Positions 27,501 through 42,500 of a DNA stretch of 64,000 bases are shown one piece after another (position 1 is the stretch's first letter; every line of letters starts with the position of its first letter). The stretch is taken from the NCBI GenBank assembly GCA_013239625.1, contig MU054096.1:17085-81084 (forward strand), read 5' to 3'. The position numbers and the translations under genes are program-made. The DNA comes from Lama guanicoe. Taxonomy: Eukaryota. The notes under the pieces were generated by a model. It had not been told where the DNA came from. It did not search any database and worked only from the letters and a program-made list of their open reading frames with translations.

Positions 27501-30500
27501 TGACATGGTTTCTGTGAGAAAATAAACACTAGAAATGATGACATATAAAAATAGCCACAAGCACACTGGACTCAAACTTGACAAATTGGTCTCTTGAGTA
27601 AAGTCTTAAAGCGTTTCCCCAAATAGAACACTCTCCAGTCACTCCCCAGAACACTCAGAGAGAGGCCTGGGAGACAAAGGAAAACAAACACCTGGCATTT
27701 GCACAGCTGAGACCAGAGAGTGAGCCCCCGCCCAGCCGGCGAGCACGGGCCATCAGGGCCTCCTGCATTTGGATCTGGAATCATTTCATAAAATTAGTGA
27801 TCTGACCACACCAGGGTCACACGTAAAACCGCCTGGAGAAGCCACGACATGCAGCAGTGGGGAGCATGCGTGGGCCTCGGAAGAATTTCCACATAAATCT
27901 GTAAAAACCTCCGCAGGCTTAACAAACACATCTGCAGGATGGACCGGACTTCGTCTGTGCTCCAGTGCAGCGCCATGCATCTGTGCCACGCCAGGGAAAC
28001 TGAGTCCCACTCCTGTACGATCTCACTGGTAGCCCTTCAAAGCCTCTGCCTGCCAGCCCACAGACACCAGCAAACACCTTCTGCCTGGTCTGCCCAGCTT
28101 TCTGGGTCAGCTCTTAAATCACACTAAAGGCAAAGGCTGTTTCTTACTTTCTTTTCTGATGACATGAAAACAAGGATGAAATGCACCTACTGAAAAGGCT
28201 TAAGTCTGATTTTATCACTCTAGTGGTCTTGGGGAACACTGGCCCCCTGATGCCCACTCCTTGAGAAAGCACACAGGACCCTGCATAACGTGCCCGCTTC
28301 TTACCTTCCAGGCCTCATCTCCTAAGGCACTCCCAACGCACCCACACACCCGGCCCCTCCAAGCCGCCAGCCTCCCACGCTTCGCGCGTGCCGTTCCCCG
28401 TGTGGACGCCTTTCCTGCTGTGGCAGATGTCACTGGTGCTCACTTCTATCCCTCTATCCACCTGGCCAGGACCCCCCCCCACCATCAAGATGCCTCTGAC
28501 AGAATAGCTTTATGAAGGTGGAATGTTAGTGACTGTGGCCCGAGCTTAAAGATGGTATATAATTTCCTCATTATTTTCTGATACATAAGCTGTGTTTTTT
28601 TTAAAAAAACAGAACTTACTGATAAGCAAAGAACTATCCAAATAAAATCACCTAATTCCCTGCAGAGAAGCCACTGTTAAGCCTTTTACATTGTTTTAAT
28701 AACATCTGTTTTCATGCCAGCCTCCCTCGTGGTTATTTTTCCCTCATGGTCAGTACAGGGGCTAAAAATTCTAAAAAACTATAGATTATATTATCAAAAT
28801 CTCCCCAGATTTCAGTAACTTGATATTAAGGAACAATGGACATGTTTATTACCTGTAATAGATTAGTTTTTGCTGCGTTCTTTTGTTTGTTTGGTAAAAT
28901 TAATTTTGCTATTGTATATACACCGTTTTCCTGGAAGAATAAAGGTGCCATGTTATCAGTGACCAGGAACAATGCCATAAAGAAGGAAGTAAGGAATTTA
29001 AAAATATTACAGAAGAAATGTTAGTATAATTCTGGAACCATAGGTAAATATCACAGGACAATACAAAGTATGTCAGTGTAATACTTTTAAACACCAAAGA
29101 CTATAACCACAATCTTAAAATTTCAACTGTCATTAAAAATTATAAATAGCAAAGTATATCAATTAGAAGTGATTTAAATACTTTTAAAACAAACAGTAGG
29201 GGGCCAAAAAGGGGACAGAGTAAAGGGATCCAAATATCTTTATATTTTGCACTTTAAATATTTAATTAATCTAATTATGAAATATGATTTCTCCCTTTAT
29301 AGTTTTGTTAACTAAATGATATGTGTAAATAAATTATTAGAGAAAAGAAAAGAAAAGAAAAGAAAAGAAATAAAAGAAATAGAAAAGATTAAAAACAGAG
29401 AATGAGGGGGGAGGTATAGCTCAGTGGCAGATCACATGCTTAGCATGCACGAGGTCCTGGGTTCAATCCCCAGCACCTCCTCTAAAAATAAATAATAAAC
29501 CTAATTACCTCCTCTCACCCCCCCAAAAAAAACCCAAAACAAAACAAAACGAGAATGAAAGTTACTTGCGTAAACAGTTAACATCTTTCTAAATTTATTC
29601 CAATACAAATACCGACAGGGAGGAATGAATACCAAGTATTACCTTACTGCTACTTTTTTATTATCTATTAAACCTATAATTTACTGAATTCTACTCTGTG
29701 TGGGCACTTAGATTTTACCTGTGAAGAGCTTTATGTGCCTTACTGCACCTAGTCTTTATAGCTATTGTGTGCATTCGCCTATAATGTCCCTGTTAGATGC
29801 ATGACTAAGCCAAACTCAGAGAGGCTAAGTCACTTTTTCGGGGCCAAGACAGCACATAATGATAGCAGAACTCAGCCTCCTCCAGCCCCACCAACCACCC
29901 CCGATCTGCTGAGCTCTGGGGACCGGGGCTCTTACTAACTCTATGAATTTATGTATTTTGAAGTTATGTCATACTGACCCCCCAGAAAGTTTCCTCTGTA
30001 AAATTCAACAAGCAGGAAGTAAGTTTCAGAATGGAAACACAGACAAGGGTTGTATACAAATGTGTGTGTTTACGCGCACACACACACATATGTGTATAAC
30101 TGTATATGTAGTGGGGTTCAATAATGAATAATGCTTTGCGATTATTGCTTTGCAATAAATATTTTGTTTAGTGCGTTTCAATCGCCCCCAGTTGAACAAC
30201 TTGATGAACTCTTAAAGTGACTGCTACGCTTAACTCATGGTACCCTCTATGCTCAGAATAGTTTCAAAAAAAACAAAGATAAAGAAAATGAGAAAGACTG
30301 CACATCATACAGGGAAGAAACATCATCAATTAACTACATGGCAGTTCTTTTTAGGCCAGGTGAGTTAAAAGAGAAAGGACAAGAAGGTACAACAGAATTC
30401 TATACATTAAATAAGATACATGGAAACATTTTAAAAGCATGCTGACGGGATCCCAGAAGCTACGCTCTGGGACACAGGTGCCCAGAGGCAGGCCCCCTCC

Positions 30501-33500
30501 ACGGTGACGCGGTCCTGGCGCCCTGCCCCGGAGAGCAGCCTCCTCACCTGAACCACCTGCTGGGCGTTGGCGTCGTTGAGCACCAGTTCAGTGAGGGCCG
30601 CGCAGCAGGCTGCAAGGAAAACCACCAAACAGCATGTCTGTCATCGCCGCGGCCGCACTGCTACAGCTACGTCAAAACCCTAACTGCCTGCCAGGGAGAG
30701 TTTTGTTGGCAACAACATGAACTTCCCTTCTGGCTTGGCTCTGGGAGAAAGGAAACTGACTTTCAACGGCTTCTAACTCTCCTCTTGATGTAACTCATGG
30801 GCTCGTACACCCCGTGGCAGTCTTTGATTGAGCACTTACTGTGTACCAGGAGGCAGGGACTGCTTCTACCCAGTTCACTGCAACCCCTAGTGCTCAACGT
30901 GCCCAGCACTTAGCAAGTGCTCAATACACATCTATGATGTTTCAGTAAATAGCGAGTACTTTAAACATAGTGTCCAAATTAACCCTTACAAGCAGAGTAC
31001 GAACTACAATTACCAGCGTTACCAAAGCCAAAACTGAGGTTCAGGGAGGTTAATAGACTAGGCCACAGAACTGGTAAGTGGAAGGGGCCAGGCATCCAAT
31101 CCCAGGCGTCCAGACATCCAGAACGTGGAAGGGGAGGAATGTCTGGTATTGCTAACCTGCGAATCCAACGGTGGTACCAAGACGTTTCAGGCATCCACGT
31201 GTATTTAACGTCACAGTTTTTTTTAATGCAAATATTTTAAACTGAAGTGGAGCCAGTTACAATGTGCCAATCTCTGGTGTACAGCACACTGTCCCAGTCA
31301 TATATATATATATATATACACATAATCGTTTTCATATTCTTTTTTGTTAAAACTTATTACAAGATATTGAATATAGTTCCCTGTGCTCCAAAGAAGAAAT
31401 TTTTTAAATCTATTTTTATATATAGTGGTTAACATTTGCAAATCTTCACATCTTTTAAACTTCACATTTTTTAAAGTTAGACTGGACCTGATTAATATTA
31501 TCATGATAATCTTATACCAGAACACAAAGTTTAAGCAGCATCTAATAATAAAACATAGTAACATGATACAAATACCTGCTTGCAGAGAGAAAGTATTTTC
31601 TTGTATTTCCCGAGGGCTTAAATCTTCCGACAGGTGAAGCTGCTGGATTCGGCCTGCGGCATTGGCACTAGACAGGCTTCCAATGGAAGAACGATCAGAA
31701 ACAAAATTTCTGTCTCTGAAAAAGAGAAGTTAATGCACAGACCACATTAACCACGTTCCTGCAGGGTCAGTGCTTTCCGGGTCCTGTGTAAACGGGCTTC
31801 GTGAAGCGATCTCGGCCTCCCCCGGGACATGAGGACCCTCCTGCGTGGGCGCTATCGTTTGACCCCCAGTCCACCTGGGAGTGATCGTGTGCATGGTGTG
31901 AGGCAGCAGTCATCTCCCTGCTCTTTTTCCAACATGGTTACTGAGCCGACGGGCACCGGTCACTGAGAAGCCAGTCCCTCCCCCACGGCTCCACGCGGCC
32001 CCCTTTGCTTTGAACTCTACACTCCTGCCAGTTACCTGAATACACCTCTGCTTTCATCATTCTGAGTTTTGTCTTTTCCCCTTACATTCCAATCTTCTTT
32101 TATTTTAGGAAAGCTCTCTCCTATTAGATCACAGAGGTTTTTCAAAAATTCCTTGTTTTACTCTCGATTTGAGGGATATCGATGAACCACGTGTTGAAAA
32201 CCCATCTTCTGCAGGCTGTGTCCTTTGTGTTCCGGTTGCTCTGTTCCTTGGTCTTTTTCCTCTGTGTTGTGTGTGACGTTTCCAGGCGTGCCCTTCCTTC
32301 TGCTAATTCCACGTTCCTCCTGGCGCTCAGTTCTGCGGACGTGACCCAGTCCTCACCTTCCTTCCCACCTCTGCAGTACCAGTCTGCTCTCCTTTTAATG
32401 GGCCTATCATCTCATCTCTCTTCTCGTTTCATAAATGTCACTTTCTGTTTAATGTCTTTCATGAAACAAAGCATTTGCTTACTCAGGGCAACGACTGTGA
32501 CCATAGATAATCTGTCTGTCATTATCTGCCTTGTTCCCTTTTGTTCTACATGGTCACCATGCTTTTTTCATTTATTTATCCTTTTTCGTTTTTTTGAAGA
32601 TATAACACCATTACCTTTAATTTAAAAAATTCTATTTTTTCTGTTTTTTAATTTTTTTAACATTTTTTATTGATTTATAATAATTTTACAATGTTGTGTC
32701 AAATTCCAGTGTAGAGCACAATTTTTCAGTTATACGTGAACATATATATATTCATTGTCACAATTTTTTCTCTGTCAGCTACCATATGTGTTTTTTCTCC
32801 TTATTCCCAAACCTGCCTATGAATCTACATTTGTGTGTTGGACATAAAGTACACACATTTGAAGACAAAGAGCAAGGGTAATTAGAATAGTCATATTTCA
32901 CATGTGCTTAATGCTTTATATATATATTATTTATTTTATTTATTTTTTATTTAAGTATAGTCAGTTTAGCTGAAACACTTTGCTGTACCCAGAAATGCTT
33001 TACATTTTGTAAGATTCCTTCTCCATCATCTCCTGTTAGCTTCAAAATAATCTCCTGATCAGGTATATAGTAGATAGTATTTTTATCTTCCCTCTTTTAC
33101 AAACAGAAATCACACTGATTTGTTACTACCCCAAACTCGGTTACAAAGTGACTATAACTAGAATCTTCTGGCACTTAGTAAGGAGACACTTCCATCAGCT
33201 GAACTTCAATTCCTAATAGACAAATTTGAAATTTTCATAATATTTGAGATAAGTCTTTACAGATTTGGCAATTCTTTTGGCCTAAATGACTTAAAACTCT
33301 AAACATTTAACTTCGCTGTATTGAAAAGTTCATAGAAATAATTTATATTTAAATAAACAATTAAATCTGATTATCAATTTCAAATTGTTTATGTGCATAC
33401 CTACTTGCTTACCACATCTTTTTATTGAGGTATAGCCAGTTTACAATGTTGTGTCAAGTTCTGGTGGACAGCACACAGCTTCAGTCACACATGAACATAC

Positions 33501-36500
33501 ATATACTCATTTTCATATTCTTTTTCACCATAAGCTACTACAAGATATTGAATATCTTTCCCTGTACTATACACTATAAACTTGTTTATTCATTTATTTA
33601 TCTTTATGGCAGCAGCTCTATGTAGATTTCTGCATGCCCAAACATAACATAGATAGAGTCTCCTTGGCTCCCTCCTGTGTCACCTGGGCCCACTGGACCC
33701 CCCCTTTGGCGAACACAGGGAAGGCGGTGGAGCTGGGTCTAGGGATGGTCACAATCAGTGATCGTTCATTACGTTAAAGCTTGAATTTTAGGGATCACTC
33801 TACCTGATCAAGAGTATGCAGCCCTTCAGTAACTGCCTTTGGGTTGAGGACTGTAGGTGAATGGCCAGGGACAGGTTTCCAGGAAACCGCCTGACAATAG
33901 AGCCTGTTCATACTCAAGCCAGCAGACAACCTGGCAACCTCGCCCCTTAGACCAGCTCCAGGCAGCCCAAACTCTGAAAGGATACTGTTTACCCAGCTGG
34001 GGCAATAAATTCTCCCAGAGCACAGAGCCATTCTTAACGTAGAGTAAGTGTTGACATACATCATCTTCCCAGGGAAGAGATGACTAACATTGCACCAGAG
34101 ACATGGACTGGGAAAACTACTCTTTAGCTGCAAAAGAACTCTCTTCTATCAAGGATAGTTATGGCTTGAACAAAAGGGGAAAATTAGTGCCTTATAGTCA
34201 ACTCAATTCTATGTGGTCAAAAGTGTCCTTGAAGTATTGCCTAACTGTCATATAATTTAATTTTACCATCTAGAAAATAGCTGCTCTCCAAGAGGGCTGC
34301 CCACAGCAACTGCGACAGGTATGACGGGCCAGTAACAGAAACCACCGCCACCAACATCATCAGCTTGCAAACTCACTCCACATAAAAACCTCTGCAAGCT
34401 TAATTATTCTGACTATCAGGCTAGCTTATTATGCCACAACACTAATGAAAGATTTATAATTTCCACTTTAAAGTACTTGAGATTTTTATGTGATACTCAT
34501 CTAAGCAAGTAGACTGTTGATAGTCTACACGTTTTTCCTTGGTTTTGGTAATGACAGAAATTGTTAACAAAGACACTGCTGACATGTCTACGGTCTGTTC
34601 TGATGCTTGGCAATGTTCCCTCAGAGAGAATGGAGCTGGTGACACACAGCTCCACAATATCAAGGTATCGGGCACAACAGGCCCAAAGTCTGAATAGTAC
34701 TGATTTGATGAGTCATATCAAAATTGGTAAGGTACTCTGCTTTTATGAGAATGAGCTTCATATATATATACTACAGATAAATGTGATCTTTTTCAGGCAG
34801 ACACGATCCTTTTCAACTCTGATTCAGTACTTAAAGGGATGAATTAAGCTTTATAATAATCTTAGCTAATAGAACCTTCCCACTCATAGTACCAACAGAT
34901 GCTGTCATTCAATACTTCAATAGACGTAATACATACAATATCTACTATTGTCTTTTTGTTGTTGTTAACAGTTTTTACAACATAAATCAAGAGAATTTCA
35001 GTTTGAAACTATTTCAACAAACCATTCCTTCCCAGATGCACGGCTTTGAATGTCACTAGATTCTACTTCTACAAGAGAGGTAAGAAGGCGTCAGCTCACC
35101 TTAGACCCTGAGATGGATTAGCAAGAAAAGAGGAGCAAAGGGACCGGAGCCGGGAACATGGCAGTCATTTGATTAACAGGATTTTCTCCCATTCTAACTA
35201 GGGACTATACACCTGTTCCCTTAGTGCAGGCTTTGCCTTCCCTTTGTAGCTGAATGACATACATGCACACGCAGACATTGTAGTAAAATGGTAGTAACTA
35301 TGGTAACTGTTGGGATTGCTATATGCATACACTGATTTAAGAAAAAGGTGGCAAGACAAACATTTCCTTTGGGTTCCTGAGTTTCCATTCAAGCCACATT
35401 TGCAGACTGAGAGCCTTCCACTCCTGGCACTGGCCTGGAGGCCGGTGACGCAGAGACAAACACGCAGGCCACAGCCTGCCCTGACTCACCCTCGCAAAAC
35501 GTGAAGCAGCTGCTTGATGCCTCCCCAGACGCGAATTTCCACACTGGTCTCGGGGTCCTCACAGACCTGAACCAGGATCCAGACGACGCTCCAGAGCAGC
35601 TTCAGGTGGTCCGAGTGGAGCAGGCTGAGGAGCACAGGCACCCCCTCGTAGAGTTTCAACTGCTCTTTCACCTGGCGCTCGGCACAGAGCAGGCGCAGCA
35701 ACTCCGCCGTCAGCCTGCGGGGGGCGCGAGAGTCGGGGTAAGGCTCAGGCCCCGACCTGCCGGTCAGGCTGGGCTGCGATCGCTGCACGGACTAGCAGGC
35801 CAGCGTGTTCTAAGCCACAGGTCCGCATACGCTTTCTGTAAAGGGCTGGACCACAGCCAAACGTCTTCAGCTCTGTGGGCCATGCGGTCTCCATCATGAC
35901 GGCCCAGCCATGCCAACGTGTGCCGAAGCAGCCACAGACAACACGCAGGTATCAACGGGCATGGCCGTGTTCCAATAAATCTTTATTTACAAAAACAGGC
36001 AGGGAGCCAAATTTAGCCTGCATGTCACAATTTTCTGATACCACTTTCTAAGACATAGCCTTACTGGATCCCCACTGGTCTGGCTAAAAACCTACTAACC
36101 AGCAAATAGGGACCAAGTTCATACAATGGGACCTGCACTGTGCTCGAGACAAAAGAAGTCGAAAAGCTTTACTCCCAGTCTTCAGAAACCTACTATGTGA
36201 TTGCAAAATTAAGCCATTAATACGTGATGGCAAAAACACTATGATGCAGGGAAATTAAAGGCCAAGCGCTCAGTGAATATCTGGAGAATAAAATGAAAAT
36301 AATGATGACATAAGACACAAGGTTCAAGTGAGCTCTGGAACCACCCCGTCTACAATGTTATGATGCAACTGATTGTCTGTGTGTCTGTCCACCTGTGCAG
36401 AGGCTGGTGGGTGAGTGAATTCCGATAACCAAGTCTACAGGTGTAGTTGGTAAAGAGGGTTAAACTAGCTTAGAAGAAGAATCCAAGGGATTTACTAGGA

Positions 36501-39500
36501 ATTAAATCTCAGTGTTTCATTACTGGGGATTTCTGCTATCTATTTTGCCACTTGAGAAAATCACGACTTATTTGAGTAAATATCAAATGATACAGGTTGC
36601 AACTCTGTAACTATCTGGGTACAGTAAGTTTTTAGGGCAACATGTAGCTCAAGTGAAAATGAATTCACTTTACTCTAGATTCTGTTTTGAGTTATAATAA
36701 CAAATGGTCATGAAATAAGTCAGTAGCTCTTCACATATTTTACTTGCCTTAAGCAAAACAGATTTTAGCAATCTAATCATTTATTCAATACACAATCTGA
36801 AATTACTAAAAGTAGAGACATCTTAGTCTCTTTTCTTCAGGCAACAGAATGGAAATAAATGCAATGAACAAAAACATTAATGATTCGATCATAAGATTTA
36901 TATTATTTCAAATCTATAACCAGTTCAGGAAGTAATGCAGATCCAAAGATAAATCAATGTACCTATTTCCTATTGGTTCCTTTATATAAACTGAAATAGA
37001 AAAATAAATGCCAAGCTGACTCATGATATTCAGTTAATAATGTAAATAACATGACATAGTGAAAAACACAATAGTTGCTTTCATCAAATATAAGACATTG
37101 TCTGTTTCCCATTAGCAGTCCTACCTTTTGGAAAGCAAATCATATTCATGTAAAATCATCAGAAGATTTTCTACAATGTTGAGTTCACTTATCTTCTCCC
37201 TACATTCTGGACTACAAATTGAAAACTATTAGTAACTGCAAAAAATGCATTTTACCATATTTTTCTTTTAATACCGTAACCCTCATATGAAATTCATCCC
37301 AGGAGTAGAAACAAAATGCAACCGAGCTCTATGGGGCAGGGCTACATCAAATTCCAACATTCAATAAGTATTATATGTCATCAATTTAAATTTAATAAAA
37401 GTATGCTGATAACCTTTGGAGAAAGGGAATTACGTACTATTCACAAAAAAGCAACGATCAGCATTATGCACAGCAGCCACCTCTCCCATCTAAATTGCTA
37501 CAGCAACAGAACTTATTAAAATGCACTTACCTTTCAGCCAAACTAGCCAGGGCCAGAAGGGCACCCAACAGAACATTAGTATCTCGGGCACTGAGTAAAT
37601 TTACTAATGTCTGAAAAACGAAGTAAAGTAAGTTTTAATTACGTAAGTACTACAAGCTTGTTGAACAGTATAGTGTTTCCGTCTAAAGATCGTAAAGGCT
37701 TAACCTCAAAAAATCTGTTAAACACTCCCGATTCCCAGTTCCTACGGGGGCCGGTGTCCTCCCCCTCCTCAGACCAGCTCCTCGTCACCATTCCTCGCCC
37801 AGGACAGGAGGCAAGAGGGGCCGAGGAACACGACTGAGCTGGGAGTCTTCTGCGGCTTATCGGTCACCTTCTCTGAATTCCCATGAATGCAAAGTCATGT
37901 GTCATCGCTCCGCGTTTAGAACGCAGAGTCCACTAAACGCACACACCCAAACACGCTTCAGGCCAGAGCTGGGACCCCGGCAACAGCCTCCAGGATGATC
38001 TGGGTTTCCGCCATGTGGGTTCTCCCCTTCATGGCTCCATCCTCCCCACTATCTTTCTTCCTCTTCTCTCTCCCTTTTTCTGTCTTCTAACATACTGTTT
38101 CCCAAACTTCAGTCACTGACATACCATTTTCCCAACTTGTGTCATGTCTACCCTTGACACCTTAACGCTGCTCAAAAATGTTCTTCAAAGCCTAAGTGAT
38201 AACACCGGTGAGATACAGAGGTATCGACATAAAAAACGCTGACCCATCTATCACCCAGAATCACCCCCTACAATGAGCGGCATATGTGCACACATTTTAG
38301 GCAACCTTGCTCTAGGATATGCTGGCAAGTGGCCTCCTGGGACAGAAGAGCTCAACGAATTACTGAGACCTGGCTCCAGGCAGCTACTGTCTAAATAGCT
38401 ATGTTATAAACATCAATTCAGTCTGTCTTGATTAAACCTGCATTCAGCCATCTTAAGATACATATTGGACTCATATACCCATCTCATTATAAAGTTAAAA
38501 CACGTGAAATTGGGCTACAGATCACGGTAATTTCATACGGTTAAAACTAATATATCCACATATGCCAAGTGGAATGTATTTATACATGTATATATGTATT
38601 TATTTCTTCATTCATTTATTTGTAACTACACACCTAGGGTCAGCTGATATATACTCAAGGTGTTTCAAGCAATATTTAAATTAAGCAACAAACTTAGTTA
38701 AGCAGTAAACAGTTTAATGGCACAGAAAAAAGAGAAATGTTTCAGAAAACCTCTATTTGCTGTTTCTACATTACTCCTTGGGCTGGTAAAGAACGTAACA
38801 GAGTTAGCAGGGATTTAATTTTAGGCGAGGCCAGCAGGTCTGTGAATGACAATGACACGTGGCTTGACCACGAGGGCTCGGAACCCTAGCATGTGAACCA
38901 GCGCCACATGAGACGCCCGCTCCTCCTGGGACCGCTCACCTTGTGGGCTCCACTTGTGGTGACCCATTCTCTTTGGTCTTTGACAGCAGCAAGTTTTTGA
39001 AAAATGTCTATAAAAGAAGGAAATATCTCAGTGACGGATCTGAAGCTTAAAGGGGGTTAGTGCTCACAGAACCTCAGGTCTCAAGTTCTGAAGGGCAGGC
39101 AGAGGACAAAGAGGAACACAGGCAACACGAAAGAGACAAGGGGGCGGGGGGACGGGGGTGGGTTTTTACTCCAAGAATCACCCTTCAAGCTCAACTAGTA
39201 TTTACCATATTTTTCTGCTGTAATAATGAAATATGGACAGAGCAAAAATCAAATCTTTCCTTCCACTTAAGAGCCGGGTGAGTTCCTCACCATCATTACA
39301 AGTTCTAAGTGAAACCTATCCTTCCAAGATCCTCCCCATAAAGATTTCAGGTGATGGGCTTATCAGCAAGTTCCTCAGCTGAGGGGAACGGTTGGCCTGC
39401 AAGAACCTTCCTGGTGCCTCATGCTCAGCACAGATTCCTCTCTCCTGCAACTGAGAATCAACGTCCTGTCCTGCAAACACACGGGAAACCAGCCTCCGCA

Positions 39501-42500
39501 CACAGAGAAGCGGGCCAGCCCCCACAGCAGCAGGCCTCCACGCTCATCTCATCTGGAGAGACGGGGGGGGTGGGCTGGCAGGAGCGCCCGGAGAGAGGGG
39601 ACGGAGGGTGGCCAGAGCAGCTCCCCCTCGCACAGGGCAGTGTCTCCCATAATCATCACCGTATCAAGGGGTTTGTCTCCTTTTTCACTTTCCGAATGTT
39701 CCAGATTTTTGGAAGGAGGTATTGTTAACCCAGCTTGATAGATGAAAACTCAACAGTCTCTGACATTTTAATAGACATCAAAGGAGGCAAAAATATTTTT
39801 AGTAAAATTTGCTTTTAGGAAAGGATGTTTCTCTTGCACTAAGATAAGACTGTGCTCAATGAAAATCTTTTTAATTATGAAATTGGGCTTTTCAAGGTAA
39901 GTGTTGTGATCTAAAAATCTCCCTCCGGGCACATGTTGCCACCGAGTGTAACAGCCGGTGTGGACTCTCATCCCTCACTGTGTAGGGGACACTCATACAT
40001 ATTCATACATACTTGCCCTGCGGCAAACCCCACTCCCGGAAAGTCGCTGTGTCCCCAGGACAGGCTTACACGTCATGTTGACCAGCTTGTCCACGCTGTG
40101 CTGCGCCTCCCCGTGGCTCAGGTACCCGTGGGCCACCATCTCCATGCACTGCAGGAGGGACCAAACCAACAGGCCAGTCAGAAGGGAGGACGGCAGGTGG
40201 GGACAAGACTTGCACTTCTGCAAATGGGCGGTAGGTGGCGCAGCGGGTTCACCACACAAAACTCGTGCCCCTGGGCCTGCCTCTCAAGCGCTGAAGCTGG
40301 AGGGTTTCTGGGTCCCTTTTCTCCTGAACGCCCTGCAGTGGAGGGAGGGAGCTGGAAAGACTGTCAAAACTCTCAAAAGTCCCAAAACAACTCATAACTG
40401 AGTAAGTCTGTGTTGTAATTTAGTCCCCAAATGCAAACAAGTAAGATGCATAATACATAGTACACAGAATGTTAATTCTTCAATGTACCGTTTTAGTAGA
40501 ATTTTTATAAGACACTGCATATATTTTCATTGACCTTAGGTTTTATAATAGCCTCAATTATATCTAATCAGCATACAAGCAGAGTGCAATAATCAGAATG
40601 AAATGTATGGGGTGTTCTAACAATCCCTGGCTGTGGATTACTGACTATAATAAGAAACATGTTCAGAGAAACGTAAGTAAATTCCTGATACTTTAACGGA
40701 AGTAAAGTGAATAAAAAGATCCTTTACAATATAATTTTTATAAAAGACTATTTTATCAAATAAGATAAACCTCTAGCCAATTTTAAAAATTCCTTAAAAA
40801 TAAAAACTAGATGTTCTAGCAACTTTCCAAGAATAAAAAAAAATTAAATTAAAAATTAAATAAAATAACAAATAATAATTTTTAAAAATTTAAAAAAATA
40901 AATAGATTTAACAGTAAATTGCCATTAAACTTCACCATCCATTAATTCCTCAGCACTGAGTTGGCAGGGCCAAAGGTTTATGATGAAAATTATTCTTTCC
41001 ATACATGGTATAGATTTCAGGAGAATGCACTGTTTCAACTCAATGCCATGCCTGGAAATCTCATCTGACTGCACTAATAAACCCAAACATTGGACTGGCT
41101 CAGCACACTCACTCACCTCATTACCTTCCCTCAGTAGTTACCAAAGCAGAAAAGTAAGTGAAGTCAAGATATCTCCTCACACTGTCATTTATTTTAGCAT
41201 TTTAGTGAGCGCAGTAATTCTTTGTGTTGTGGGAAAGTTATGAGCATCTCCATAATTTCCCCCATCATTCGGTGTGGGCAATGCTGAGGCCCTGGGCTTG
41301 CCAGCCAACACCCATTTATTCACCTTACTAACTAAAGAGAGATGATTTTTCATAGAACTTTCTCGTTTCAACAGGCTGGGTACAGTGAGCCCCATTAGCC
41401 AGGAGAAAATGTCCCAAGTCCCTCGCTGCCCTATGAGTGTCCTGTCTCACGCTCACACCTACCTGCCCTGCCTGGTCCTCTCCTTGGTGGGCCACGCAGG
41501 TAAGAGAAAGACACCTTCTGTCACACACCTGTGTGATCTCTGCCCCAAGCCATGGCATAAAAAGGAAAGGCAAGGCCAGCCAGTGCAAAAGGAGTCTTAC
41601 CTGAGCGAGGTTTTCAATCCCACCCAAGCTATGGAGTATTTCCTGATAAAATAAAAACAACACAACAGGTGTGAAAGATGGGAGTGTGTTTTACACACAA
41701 TTTCTTTATTAAGTCGTAAGTTTATAATTTTTTTTATTTTTTGAAGGTCCCCATTCTAACATAAATATGGAAAACTTTAATGTTTGGCACTCACACTACA
41801 TTTAAGATATACTATTAATAAACAGCTAAAAGGATGTAAACCTGCTCAGAGCTGCAGCCTGCCTCCTAGTTCTTTTTACTTCCTCCCATATCACCATAAA
41901 ATGTTAGAGCTGGAAAGGGCTGGCAGACGTCATTCCCTTCAGATTAGGAAAACTTAAGACCCAGAAAGGTACACCACTTGGCCTCAGTGGCAGAGCCTGG
42001 CTAGGCCCCCGGCATCCCTGCAGCCCAGGACCCTCCTCCAGGCGTCCGCACAGTGTGGTCCACGGACCAGCACGATCAGCATCACCGGAGCTGATCCGAA
42101 GTGCAGACGCTCCTACTCACCCCAGACCTGCTGAACGGCCCTGAATTTCAACAAGACCCCCAAGAAATTCGTAGACCCAGTAAATTCTGAGGAACGTTGC
42201 TCTAGATTAGACTTGCAGGGCTTCTCAAGACGATCTGGCTAACAGTTTTACGGAGCCCATACCCTCAACAAATACAACAATAATCATTGGAAAATGCCCT
42301 CTGATATAGGCTGTTAAAACCAGCTCCCAACAAGAAGGTACCGCGTGGAACTTCTGAAACTTTCCCAAATTGCGTGTAAGAAAGAGCACGCTGGGAGGCT
42401 GGAGTCGTGAAAGGAACTAGCCTGGCGCTCGGCTGATGGCAGACGCCCTCAGGTTACCCACACTGACGTTTGTCTTCGGATAAACATTGTTTCAGGCGGC

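Noticed and set aside
29406..29481. tRNA-Ala gene (also at 1431, 21100, 53476 and 56691)
   Set aside because: Mismatched stems, a shared non-tRNA tail and TSDs identify SINE heads.
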